A DNA stretch of 63,811 nucleotides, the filler included, from Ministeria vibrans ATCC 50519 (Eukaryota > Protista > Filasterea): NCBI GenBank assembly GCA_943704425.1. It is 5 parts of 5 records of this genome, joined end to end, with 100 filler letters (N's around TTAATTAATTAA, not from the genome) between each part and the next. Parts side by side here need not be neighbours in the genome. Positions count along the whole stretch, not along the records: positions 38,566 to 52,798 come from CALSCP010001660.1; positions 52,899 to 61,956 come from CALSCP010002042.1; positions 62,057 to 63,811 come from CALSCP010002408.1; 2 more parts are not named here. The stretch is one strand, 5' to 3'. Below, one piece after another: positions 50,884 through 62,347 of the stretch. Within the stretch, counting starts at the first letter, position 1; each line of letters begins with the position of its first letter. The notes below the pieces were generated by a model, which searched no databases, had not been told where the DNA came from, and saw nothing but the letters and a program-made list of their open reading frames with translations. Made by a program: the position numbers and the translations under genes.

Positions 50884-52798
50884 TCAACACATAAACTCAG
50901 TGTCGGGATCCTCAACCATTGAGGTCATGGGCTGCAGAGCGCGGTCCGTCAGCATGTTCGCGCTCGCCAGCGATGCGACAATGCTTTGACGGCGCGCAGC
51001 AGCACTCGCCGTGGACGAGAAGCCGCCGGCCGACGAGTCGTCAAGAATCATGGCGCTGTCGGCAGTCGACTCCTCGGTGGTTGCACCCTCGAGCAGAAGC
51101 ATGGGGTTGATCCAGAAGGACGACTGCGATGTCATGCTGGGCTGCTTGGTCATGCCGTGCGACACGCTGTCCTCAATCGACCCGTACATCTCGTCCTCGG
51201 CAGACTTGTCATTGTCCCACATACCGGCAGTGTCGTCGCTCTCCGTCGTCGGCACCTCCAGACCGTGCTCCTGCAGGATGTACATGTTGAACCCCTTCTT
51301 CTTCTCCGTGTCGTTCTCCGTCTTGCTCATCACATTGAAGATTGCGCCGCGGTTGTACTTCTCGCTGTTGCGATGCACAAACAGCGCAATGAGAGCAATG
51401 ATGACCACGGCAAATATGGCAACACCGGCAATGGCGCCATACAGAACCATCGACGACGACGACGACGAACTGCCCGCGCCGGAGCCCTGAGAACCGCTGT
51501 CAACGCCGTAGGTGGTGACCATCTGGAAGGCAGTCAAGTGCGAAGTCTCGCATGTCGTGACGCCGTTCACAACGACGCCTTGCACACCCGACTCGACCCA
51601 CGTCTTCGACGTCTCGTTGTACCACTCGCACTTGGCCGCGATGACCACGGTTGAGGCACAGTTGCTCGGGTACGGAATGACAATCTCCGCGGGCTGCGTC
51701 ATGCCCGAGATCTCAAGGGCTTCCGCCTCCATCACGGCCGCGTCAATCAGCTGCACGTCCACCGTCTGCGAGTTGCCGCACGTGGCAATGGCCGCCCACG
51801 ACTCAGCCGAGAAAGGCGCCGTCTCGTACATGTTGGCCACAATAAGGACGTTCTGGAGATCACCAATAATATCAACAAGCTCGTCACGGTCAAAGGTCAC
51901 CGACGGGCAGGTTGAGCCCGAGGCGCACATAACACCGCCCACCGTGCCGTTGTTCGAGTCGACCATAAGATTGACCTTGCTGAACGACACGCGCATGTTG
52001 CCGCTCACGTACGACAGAGGCGCGTCACCGGGCGCCATAAGAAACGACGAAATCAGCGCAATCTGGCCGGTGATCGCCGCCATGTTCTGCTCGCAGCCAA
52101 GCGACGTCTGCAGGTTCAGAATGTTCACAAGCTGCTGAGAGATCTCCGGGTCAATCTCGCTTGAGGGCAGCGCACCCGTCTGCGTGTAGTACGACGACAG
52201 CGGAAGCATGTAAGCGTTGAGCGTCAGCTGCATGCTCTTGCACCAGAAGTCCATGTTCGTCAGCTGAGCCGTATCGCAATCCTGAGCAATGGACAGTGCG
52301 AGCTCGGTCGTGTCCGCAACTTGCTGGAGCTCTTCAATGGTTCCCGCCATGGTGCTGAAGACAAGGCCAATACGCTCGCCAATCTCATTGATCACCTGCG
52401 CCCGGCACGACGTGCACGTCGTCGTCTCTTCCTTCACCGTCTGCAGCACGCCGTACATGCCCGAAACGTAACTTGCAGTCTGCGCCGGGTCAAGGGCACT
52501 GACGGCTGTCGACATCTCTTCGCACAGCTCCGCGTCAATCTCGGCAGCAGTGGGCGCCGTTGACACCCACGGCAGCAGTGTGATGGTTGTGTCCACACTC
52601 GACGAGGCTCCAAACGCATCTACGGCGGTCACGCGCAGCGTCAGCTTGTTGTCCTTGGACGAGCCCGCCGGAAGCATCGTCTCGAATGTCGCCGACGGCG
52701 ACAGCGGGCTCAGCACGTGTGCCGCGCCAGTCGAATCGACAAAGCTCATCAGGTACTGGATGGGCGAGTGCGCATCGGCAAACTGGTCGGCCGACAGC
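50884..52798 (-). CDS. C-terminal part of a REJ-like + GAIN/GPS single-pass membrane protein (PKD1-like ectodomain); 5'-truncated
   Basis: REJ-like 'MLPAG...LRVTAVDAFGAS'. GPS 'CEWYNETSKTWVESG...TTCETSHLTAF'. One TM 'LYGAIAGVAIFAVVIIALIALFV' followed by an acidic tail. Confidence 0.8.
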
Positions 52799-52967
52799 NN
52801 NNNNNNNNNNNNNNNNNNNNNNNNNNNNNNNNNNNNNNNNNNTTAATTAATTAANNNNNNNNNNNNNNNNNNNNNNNNNNNNNNNNNNNNNNNNNNNNTT
52901 TTTTTGCAATGTCTGAACATATTTTCCTCATCAAACATAAACTCTGTCTGTGTCGCTTTGCTTGCAG

Positions 52968-53182
52968 GCTACGAACAGCCCAGCCCGATCCAAGAGGAGG
53001 CGATCCCCATTGCGCTTGCTGGGCGTGACATCCTGGCGCGTGCCAAGAACGGCACAGGCAAGACAGCCGCCTATCTGATTCCGCTTCTGGAGAAGACGGA
53101 CCCTTCCAAAAACGCCGTACAAGGTCTGGTCCTTGTCCCCACCCGCGAACTCGCCCTCCAAACGTACGCATGAAGATCATTG

Positions 53183-53240
<58 letters not shown>

Positions 53241-54843
53241 GCGAAACGAAGCTGACACTCACTCTCTCTTACACACACTCTTCTCTTACACGCACACTCT
53301 CTCATGTTTCTCTCTCTTGTTTCTCTCTCTCTATCACTTTGTTTCTCTCTCCCTCCCTCCTCTCTCTCTCTCTCTCTAACGCTCCTGTAGCTCTCAATTG
53401 TGCAAAGAACTCGGAAAACACATGAATGTCCAAGTGATGGTCACGACGGGCGGCACAGCGCTCAAAGACGACATTCTTCGCCTGCAACAAACGGTGCACA
53501 TCATTGTGGCGACACCCGGTCGTCTGCTTGATCTGGCTAACAAAGGCATCGCGCGCCTTGACCAGTGCGCTATGATTGTCATGGACGAGGCCGACAAACT
53601 TCTCTCTCCCGAATTTGTTGTTGTCGCCGAACAACTCTTCCTCTTCACCAAACGCGAACGCCAATTACTCCTTTTCAGCGCTACCTTCCCCGTCACCGTC
53701 AAAGCTTTCAAGGAAAAGGTACACAAATCCCTAACCCGTAACCCTACGGACAAGTGTCGCCCTAACCCTAACCCTATCCGTAACCCTTAGCACCTCACCA
53801 AACCGTACGAGATCAATCTCATGGACGAACTCACTCTCAAGGGCGTCACTCAATTCTATGCCTTTGTCGAAGAACGCCAAAAGATCCACTGCCTCAACAC
53901 TCTCTTCTCAAAGCTTCAAATCAATCAGAGTATCATTTTCTGTAACTCTGTTTCCGTAAAAACAAAAATAGCAAATGAGAACCAAAAGAAAAGGAATGAC
54001 TCACACACACACACACACACACACTCAAATTTATAGCGCGTCGAACTTCTGGCCAAGAAAATCACTGAATTGGGCTACTCTTGTTTCTACATTCACGCAA
54101 AAATGGCACAGCAGCACCGGAACCGGTACGGCGCAGAGATGTTTTTTGATTGTTAAGAGTGTGCGTTGGTATAGTGTGTGTGTTTTGATGTTGAGAGAGA
54201 GAAACAGTGTTGACTCGTTCGTTTCACCCACTCATTTCCACTTCGTATCTAGTGTATTCCATGACTTCCGTCAGGGTGCCTGTCGCAATCTCGTCTGTTC
54301 TGATCTTGTGGCTCGTGGCATTGACATTCAAGCTGTCAACGTCGTCATCAACTTTGACTTCCCCAAAAACGCAGGTAAATTTCAACTATGTCTCTCGTTC
54401 TATCATTAGTTTCGCACTATAAAAAATTTCGTTTTATCATTTGCTTCGCCCTATCATTCGTTTTCTCTTTCCTCTTTCTCTCTCATACATCTCACTCTTC
54501 CACTTTTAACTGTCTCTTTATATATTATACTTCTCACTCGTTAACTCACTCACTTTCGATCTTTCTACTTTCAGAGACTTATCTGCACAGAATCGGTCGC
54601 TCTGGTCGTTTTGGCCATCTTGGAATTGCTATCAATCTTATCACGTACAACGACAGATTTGATCTGTACCGAATTGAGAAAGAGCTCGGAACCGAAATTG
54701 CAGGTCAGTTGGTTTAAATATAATGACCCCACGAAAATCTGACTAGCTTTTGTTTTTTGTTAGCAATTCCGAGTGAGATTGACAAAAAGCTCTATGTTGG
54801 ACCCTCAGCAGGAGACGAACAGCCCGAAGAGACTGCTCAGTAG
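52968..54843 (+). CDS. DDX6: DEAD-box RNA helicase DDX6/Dhh1, 5'-partial, multi-exon
   Basis: '[32 protein letters not shown]', 'VPTRELALQ', 'MDEADKLLS', '[21 protein letters not shown]' and '[15 protein letters not shown]'. Confidence 0.97.
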
Positions 54844-55122
54844 ACTCATTTTCACTCCATCCACACTATAGTCTCTCTTCTCTCTCTATCACTTTGTCTC
54901 TCTCTCTCTATCACTTTGTCTCTCTCTCTCTTTCACTTTCCCTCTCCTATCATTCTTCCTCTCTCTTCCTCTCTCCTCTCTCTCTCTCCCTCTCTGTCTT
55001 CTTTTCTCTATCCAACTCTTAACTCAACCCCAAACCTCAATACAATCTGCTCACACCCCAACTCAAACACAAAAAACAATCAAATCTCGTTCTCTTTCAG
55101 TTACAGTTGTGTATTGTTCTGT

Positions 55123-55992
55123 TCACTCTTTCTGCCATGGTTTCCTAAGGGGGGTCTGTGCTACCGACTGCTCTGGATACTCAGTGGCTGAAGGGCTGAG
55201 TGGCGGAATGACCTTTGCGCCCGGAATGGGCTTCCCTTGCTCGACTAGCGTCATAATATCGAAAAAGGATGCGGGATAGGGCACTTTGTTGGTCTCTGTG
55301 GTTGTTGTTGTCGTTGACGGCGCTGATGTTGTTGGTGGAGGTTCGACAAATCGGTCGTAGTAGAATTGTTTTGCGTTGGCAAGGTGTTGGTCGTACTCAG
55401 TGGGTGGCCATTGTGCGGCGAGAGCAGTCAGCCCGGCCGCAAACCGTGCATCGGTATCGTATGAGTATTCCTGTTGACGTTGCTCGCGTGTGGTGGTGGT
55501 CGAAGCGGTCGTGGCAGCTGTAGCGGTGGCGGTGGCGGTGGCAGTGGCATGGCCTGGTGGCCTACTGCGCAACACAGTCCGTGCAATGACGAACCAGGTG
55601 GCAGCAAACGCATCCCCGCCGTCGCCAATAGCCGCAGGTGCAGATGCGGCCAGCATGGCGCAGAGCGATGCGGCAGGGAGCGTCGTAGAGGCGCCCAGCG
55701 TCAACGTGCCGCCGTCAACAAAGCGCGCCACTTTGGCCAGTTCCTCACCGGCGCGCGCCTGCTCTTCGCCATGAGTCGCCGCCGTGCAGCACAGACACAG
55801 AAAGAGCGCACTCAAAGGCAGCTGGTTCGTCGCGTCTGCCCCATTCCCAACAGTGCGTTCGTAACAAGAGAGTGCTTGATCGCACTCCTCGAACGGCAGT
55901 CGTTCGCGCACTGTATCCCGATCCCAAACAACCTCGCCGCTCTCCAGCTCCACTGCATCCTCTCCAAACGGTAACTGCTCCTTATCACTCAT
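55123..55992 (-). CDS. PEX39/C6orf226-like (DUF5572, KPWE-motif) protein
   Basis: 'YSYDTDARFAAGL...AKQFYY', 'YPASFFDIMTLVEQGKPIPGAKVIP' and C-terminal 'PLRKPWQK'. Confidence 0.75.
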   Translation of the reverse strand: MSDKEQLPFGEDAVELESGEVVWDRDTVRERLPFEECDQALSCYERTVGNGADATNQLPLSALFLCLCCTAATHGEEQARAGEELAKVARFVDGGTLTLGASTTLPAASLCAMLAASAPAAIGDGGDAFAATWFVIARTVLRSRPPGHATATATATATAATTASTTTTREQRQQEYSYDTDARFAAGLTALAAQWPPTEYDQHLANAKQFYYDRFVEPPPTTSAPSTTTTTTETNKVPYPASFFDIMTLVEQGKPIPGAKVIPPLSPSATEYPEQSVAQTPLRKPWQKE

Positions 55993-56138
55993 TACAACAA
56001 AATAATAATGTAAAATTGTAAATTATTGTAAACATAAAACACTGAATGCTAATTGTCAATTGTTTTCTTTTATTATCTGGCCTCTCCGTCTCTGGTGGAC
56101 GCTGTGGTCAACCCATAACCACCAATAGTACTCCTGCT

Positions 56139-57898
56139 ATGCTACGCGAGTGCTTTTGGACCGGGTTGGCTCTGGCGCTTCTTGCCAGTGCTCTGGCTTG
56201 CCTGACACTCTATGTACGCCGCGCTCCCTCGCATAGTGTTGCTTGACTAACAGACGGTGTGTGCGCGCGTGTAGGCACCAGCGCTGCAAGGCAGTGCATT
56301 TGAATTGATCACAGAACAGTCTCAGGACAACCCAGCCTCCACTGCAGCTGCACATCCACCTGCCTCAGCCATCCCCATCCCATCCCCATCTCCACCTCCA
56401 TCCCCGCCCACTCAGCGTAAAGTCGACGGAATGCCATCGCTGAAAGGGAAAAATCTCTGTCAAATGTGCGACGAAATTGCTGCGCTGGGAACGCCCGAGT
56501 TCTTCAACAATTTCAACTTCACCCTGGCCGCCGACACGTCCACAGTGCGTCCGGCGACGATTCCTTCGTTAGAGGGCAAAAAGCGACGGTGCGAGCGCGA
56601 TCGACCGTTTGCCTTTCGCACTGATAACCAAGTGCTGCTGACCATTGCGACGTTTGGTCGCTTCGATCGACTGCGCACCACAATCCTCTCGCTTCTCTGC
56701 GTCCGCGATGAATTCAATCTAATCATTGTGGACGATGCAACGCCCAACGCCACGCTGCCCTCGGCCTACCGCGAAATGGGTATTGACGTGCGGCAGACGA
56801 GCGATCGCCACGGCCTCACGTTCCACTGGAACACCTTCTGGCAGACCTTCATCAACTCCACACAGTACACCACGCTGATCATCAGCAACAACGACGTGCT
56901 CCTCCCCGACGCTTTCGTTCACTCTCTTCACCTCGCCGCCCACATCACGACCCCTCACTCCTTCTACGCTATCACCGCGCTCAGCTCCTCCGCTGGCGCC
57001 GGTTCCTCTCCTTCCTCTCCTTTCCAGCGTCTTCCTTCATCCCCTCTCTTCCAACACTCCTCCTCCCAGCGTGACCGTGCTCGTCTTGATGAAATTGCAA
57101 ACACCCCACTCTATTTCTCGGCCCTCTCCGCCAAACTCTCAGCCAACCTCGGCTCAGCACTCACAGCTAACATTCCGGGGTTTAACGGGTTTCTCTTTGC
57201 ACTCAATCGAAACGCAGCTGCGGCTGAATCTGAACCGGGCTTCCTCTTTCCAAGAAATTCTATCAACGTAATCACACTAAGACGTAGCACCACAATTATG
57301 TGCAATGTGGTCGAAAAGTCCTTAAACCAATACGAATAACAATCCACAATGATGATACTCTCAAGTCTACTACTTTGCATTTCACACACCATAACAAAAT
57401 GATGTTCTTCTCTACCAATGAGAACTCCCATAGGTTGGCAATGAAGACAGTCTCTGTAAAGCAGCAGAAAAAAAGGGCCTGAAAGCGGGGCTCTGTCTTT
57501 CGTGCTTTGCCTACCACTACAAGTATCAACATTTCTCTTCTACGATACGAGAACTCATATGACTCTTTCTTTTGTGTCCACTTTTCTTATCACTTTTTTT
57601 TCCTTCTCTATCACTTTGTCTCTCTCTCTCTATCACTTTGTTTCTCTCTATCACTTTGTTTCTCTCTATCACTTTGTTTCTCTCTATCACTTTGTTTCTC
57701 TCTATCACTTTGTGTCTCTCTATCACTTTGTTTCTCTCTATCACTTTGTTTCTCTCTATCACTTTGTTTCTCTCTATCACTTTGTTTCTCTCTATCACTT
57801 TGTTTCTCTCCATCACTTTGTTTCTCTCTATCACTTTGTTTCTCTCTATCACTTTGTTTCTCTCTATCACTTTGTTTCTCTCCTTCACTTTGTTTCTT

Positions 57899-57980
<82 letters not shown>

Positions 57981-58085
57981 AGGGCATCAACCATTAATGG
58001 CGGATGGGAATGGCAGAATCGTGAGAATCTTACGGCCAATTGGGCTCTGAGCGCATCAGCTTATGTGGACGGTGCCTTTCCGTAA
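56139..58085 (+). CDS. Type II membrane GT-A fold (GT2-like) glycosyltransferase, multi-exon
   Basis: N-terminal TM and Pro-rich stem, then 'LLTIATFGRFD', 'LIIVDDAT', 'GLTFHWN', 'IISNNDVLL' and 'FNGFLFAL'. The 3' exons are approximate. Confidence 0.7.
57609..57900 (+). repeat. Intronic 18-bp tandem repeat (TATCACTTTGTTTCTCTC) x~15-16
   Basis: Seen directly. It is followed by (CT)n and (GT)n before the 3' splice site. Confidence 0.95.
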
Positions 58086-58391
58086 TTGTATCAGAGTATT
58101 ATTATTATTGTTATGTATTATTGTTCACCGTGACTGTAAATTTCTTGTCATTAAAATAATTAATAAAAATTTATTTTTATTAGTATTAATTATTAGAAGA
58201 AAAGAATTGTTATTAATTAGAAGAAGAATTTAGAACACAGCCCATTTATCATTATTAATGATAAGAAAAAGAAGAGAGAAGATATTTTTGTTTTACAACT
58301 ATCATTGTGTTAATATGAAAATTGAAACTCGACACTCTCAAAAACTCAAAAGTCAAAAGTCAAAAGTATTTTTTTTTCGAAACTGTTTCCC

Positions 58392-59702
58392 ATGGAGGAG
58401 GTATACTGCATCTGCCAACAGCCCGCCGGAGGCAGGGACATGATCGGCTGCGACTCATGCGAGGAGTGGTATCACTTGGACTGTGTTGGTCTGGACGCAA
58501 CCGCCTGCGCCCAGATCGAGTCGTACCAGTGTTCCGCCTGCATCAACCGCAACCCCGAGCTGCACATTGTGTACTACAGCGAAGAAAAGAGACGCGAAAT
58601 GACCGCAGAGGCGGCCACAGCGGCTGCAAAAGAGGCAGCCATTGCGGCCGTCGAGTCATTGCGAAGCGCTGCGCTCTACGCCACTCCCCAGCCCACACCC
58701 GTCCCCGCACCCCTTGGACTGCCTGAAAGCACTCCTTCCGCCCCCGTCCCGGCCGAGCCCGTCTCGAAAAACCAGCGTGGATGCGCAAACAAGGGATGCG
58801 CCAACAAAATCGTTCTTGCCAGCGACAAACGTTACCACAGCAAATACTGCTCGTTTGCCTGTGGCATGGCTGTCTCGCGCGCCACGCTGGCCGCACTAGA
58901 TGCACAAGCGGTAGCAGCTTCTGCGTCGCGTATGGACCTCAGCGAAGTGTCCCAAGCAGACAAGGACGATGCAGCCGAGGCACAGCGCATCAGCGTCCAA
59001 GAGCGTCGCGTCGAGTCCATGATTGCACAGCTGGTCGAGGCCGAACGTGCCTTTGAGGACCACGTACAAGCCGTTGTTCAAGGCACACTGCCCGCGATGG
59101 AAACCACTGCAAACGACACATCAACAGAACAACAACAGCCACAACAGTTTGTCGACTGTGTGTGCTGTCTCTCCACCGTCACCCTGAAGGCCCTTCCGCG
59201 ACACGCCGCCAGTTGTTTCACAAAACTCCATGATCGTCGAGATAGCTACATTTCGCCCGTACCCGCAGAGGGAGCCGCTGCCGAGTTCCTCTGCAACACC
59301 TTTGACAAGAAGCAACGTGGCTACTGCATCAAACTGCGCGTCATGTGCCCCGTCCACAAGAACCACCCTCGCCCATTGCTCTCCCAGCGCGCCGACAAAC
59401 TTGCCCCGTGTGCCTGTCCACTCGCAACACACCCATCGCGTGTCCATCTCACCAATACTAACCCTAACTCGAACCCTATCGACACCCCTAACCCAAACGC
59501 GTTCTGTCGCGAACCCAACGCCACTTGTCCCTTTCACGTTCAGTGGGAGCGCAATGGACGCGCTCAGTTTGCTCGCGAGCGCACTCGTCTCGAGCGTATT
59601 CTCGACTCTCTTTCAGTCGATCGTCAGCGCTTGCAAATGCGCACTCTGAAACGCTCAGCACAACCAAAACACTTTGCGCACTCACTTACTGTCACTCACT
59701 AA
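58392..59702 (+). CDS. COMPASS subunit Spp1/CFP1 (CXXC1)-like PHD-finger protein
   Basis: PHD 'VYCICQQP...MIGCDSCEEWYHLDCVGL...YQCSAC', 'SKYCSFACGM', 'RHAASCF', 'FLCNTFDKKQRGYCIKLRVMCPVH' and 'CPFHVQWE'. No CXXC domain is visible. Confidence 0.88.
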   Translation: MEEVYCICQQPAGGRDMIGCDSCEEWYHLDCVGLDATACAQIESYQCSACINRNPELHIVYYSEEKRREMTAEAATAAAKEAAIAAVESLRSAALYATPQPTPVPAPLGLPESTPSAPVPAEPVSKNQRGCANKGCANKIVLASDKRYHSKYCSFACGMAVSRATLAALDAQAVAASASRMDLSEVSQADKDDAAEAQRISVQERRVESMIAQLVEAERAFEDHVQAVVQGTLPAMETTANDTSTEQQQPQQFVDCVCCLSTVTLKALPRHAASCFTKLHDRRDSYISPVPAEGAAAEFLCNTFDKKQRGYCIKLRVMCPVHKNHPRPLLSQRADKLAPCACPLATHPSRVHLTNTNPNSNPIDTPNPNAFCREPNATCPFHVQWERNGRAQFARERTRLERILDSLSVDRQRLQMRTLKRSAQPKHFAHSLTVTH

Positions 59703-59863
59703 TCAAAACGAACCCAGAAAATAATATGACATTGTACAGAATATAATTTGGCTGCGACGAAAATAATAAACTTGTACTCAAAAAAAAAAGCACACACACA
59801 CACACACACAAAGAAGAAAAAAGAACCCGCAAATCACAAATGAGAGAAAGAAAGCGAGAGAGG

Positions 59864-61710
59864 TTAAGAGCGAGTTGAGTCGTCTTGCGAAGAGGCAGGC
59901 TTCCTTGGTCTTCCACGACGACGATTAACTTGACCCCCACCACCGCCACTGCCACTGCGACCACTCTGACCCATCTGGCCACTCTGACTGCCTGTGGTAG
60001 TGGACGAAGGAGCTGTCCCATTGGTGTTGGAGCGGTCTTTTCCAGAACAGTGAGAGCGACGGAAAGACTGAGACTGAGGTTGCGACTGGGGTTGCGACTG
60101 AGGCTGGGGCTCAGATTGAGACTGAGACTGGGCCTCGGGTTGAGCCTCAGGTTGGGGCTGAAGTTGGGACTGAGGTTGAGGTAGAGGGTCATAGTGGTGT
60201 GCAGGTGGGATGTTGGGTGACGGCTGTTGTTGCTGTTGTTGTTGTTGTTGCTGTAGTGGTGGTGGTGGTGGTTGTGACTGCTGCTTTTGCTGGTATTGGT
60301 GGAGAAGGAGGGGCTGCTGATGTTGATGTTGGAGTTGTGGATGCTGCTGCTGTTGTTGTAATGGTTGTTGAAAGGAGTTTCGCTGTTGCTGTCGATGCTG
60401 TTGTTGTTGCTGCTGTTGCTGCGGAAGCGTTTGGTGGTGTAGCATGAACTGCGATGGATGGTGCTGTTGCTGCTGCAGTGCTGGGGGAGGGACGAGATGA
60501 CCGCCACTGAAGACTGAGTCTCTGTCAATGGGCGCAGAAGAGTACTCGACATCAGAAAACGGCAAGACACCCATCGAAGAAGCGGGTGACCAGTTCATCT
60601 GCTGCTGGCGCTGGTGCAGAATGAACTGTTGTAGGCGCCCTTCCAATAAATTGCCGCGGTTCTGCATGGTCTGCAGTTGTGTCCGCGCCGCAAGCAAGCT
60701 TTCTTCAACTTCTCTCAGTCGCTGCTGCGTCTGCTTGTGACCTTCTTCTGCTTCGCTCAGCTGCAATTCAAGCGTCCCTTCTCGCTCTGCCGACGACGCC
60801 AGTTGCTCTTCAAGCAGTGCATTGCGTTCGCGCAAATCCTCCAACTCACTCTGGAGCTCGCGTGTCGCTTCCTCTTCCTGCTTTCGTCGCAGCAGCTCTT
60901 CCTCTTGCTGTTGCTCCTGTAGTTTCAGTTGTTGCTGCTCTGCGCTGATAGTGGGCGTAGAGTACGAGGGAGGGTGGGCGAGGGAGGCTGTGGGGGCGTT
61001 GCTCCATGCGCCCCTGGTCAGGCCGGGCGGTGCAGCAGCGCTATGATGCTGATGCGGATGCTGAGCGGCGTGTGTAACGAAGGGCACTTTCACTGTTGTT
61101 ACTGATGAAGTTGGTGACGGTGCTGCTGCTGCTGCTGCCGCTGGTCTTGCTGTCGATGTTGCTGTTGCTGTTGTTGTTGCTGTTGTTGAGGCGGTTGGGA
61201 TTGTTGTTGCTGCTTTTGTGGGTGTGACTGTTTGCGCGCTGTGCGCGACTGCGTTGAGGTAGTCTGAAGTCGCGACGGACGCAGTGGGATTTGTCGCCGA
61301 AGTTGGTGCTGCCTTGGCGTTGAATTTCTTGGCTGAAGGCAAACCGGGAAATGCAGCTGCATCGTCGATGATGATCGGCGGCGTCTCTGGCTCCTCTGCG
61401 CGTTGCTTCGGCAGGCGCGACCGTCCATGCGACGACGCGGGTTGCGTCTGCTGCTGCTGCTGCTGCCCTCCTTGAGGCGCCCCACCCCGCGATCGCCCAC
61501 CACCACCGCCACTGGGAGCTGGCCTGGCAGCCACTGCGGCTGCCGTGGTCGTGTCTGGGTCCGACTGATCAAACGACGCCTGAAGCATCCGTGCGATTTG
61601 CTCGTCTTCTTTCATCTGCCTCTCCACCTCCAAATCCTGGAGTTCGGATCCCATCATCTCAGCCGAAAGCATCTCTGCCTGTGCCCAGCTCGACGTCGCT
61701 GGCGCTGTTG
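59864..61710 (-). CDS. Gln/Pro/Thr-rich low-complexity protein with coiled coil and UIM-like motif; 5' exon(s) uncertain
   Basis: 602-aa ORF with 'EDEQIARMLQASF', an ~80-aa coiled coil and polyQ tracts. Confidence 0.7.
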
Positions 61711-62111
61711 TCTGCTAAGCCGCAAAAAAATAGAGAGAAGAGTTCAGAAAAAATTTCCACGCTAGAAGTGCAGACTCTACCTGAGAAGGAACCACAACCG
61801 CGGGCTTGGGCTCAGATCGGTTGTTCTAAACGATAGAGAAGCGGGCGTGGTAAGAGACGGGCTGGGCATGCGCAAATAGCGACAGACTGACAAAACAGCA
61901 AATCACACTTTCGCGTTTCGTTTCGTTCCTTTTTTTTTTTTTTTTTTCCCCCACAANNNNNNNNNNNNNNNNNNNNNNNNNNNNNNNNNNNNNNNNNNNN
62001 TTAATTAATTAANNNNNNNNNNNNNNNNNNNNNNNNNNNNNNNNNNNNNNNNNNNNTTTTGTTTTTTTTTTTTTTTTTTTTTTTTTTTTCGGCTTTGGGT
62101 GTTTTGCGTAG

Positions 62112-62293
62112 GTATGTGGGTGAGTGAACGACTGACGGGAACCACTCAGGCAGATCGAGTGGCCGCCTTTCGCGAGAAATACCCCGACCTTGTTGAGCAC
62201 TTGCCAGTCGCCGACGACGCAGCACCCGCAGGCGCGACTGCTGACGGACCTAGTGCGACGGACAAGGACGGAGAATCCAAAAAGACCAAATAA
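62112..62293 (+). CDS. Terminal exon of an unidentified gene (5' lost in gap)
   Basis: Polypyrimidine tract plus AG acceptor, then 'MWVSERLTGTTQADRVAAFREKYPDL...SKKTK*'. Confidence 0.5.
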
Positions 62294-62347
62294 TCGATCA
62301 ATTAAAATGTCTTAATTAGTTTAATCTTTTTTTGTTTTCGCTCGATC

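Noticed and set aside
57502-58085. ORFs with SLYHFV / VIERNK / SDREKQ peptide repeats
   Set aside because: Translations of the stop-free intronic 18-bp repeat, not supported as proteins.
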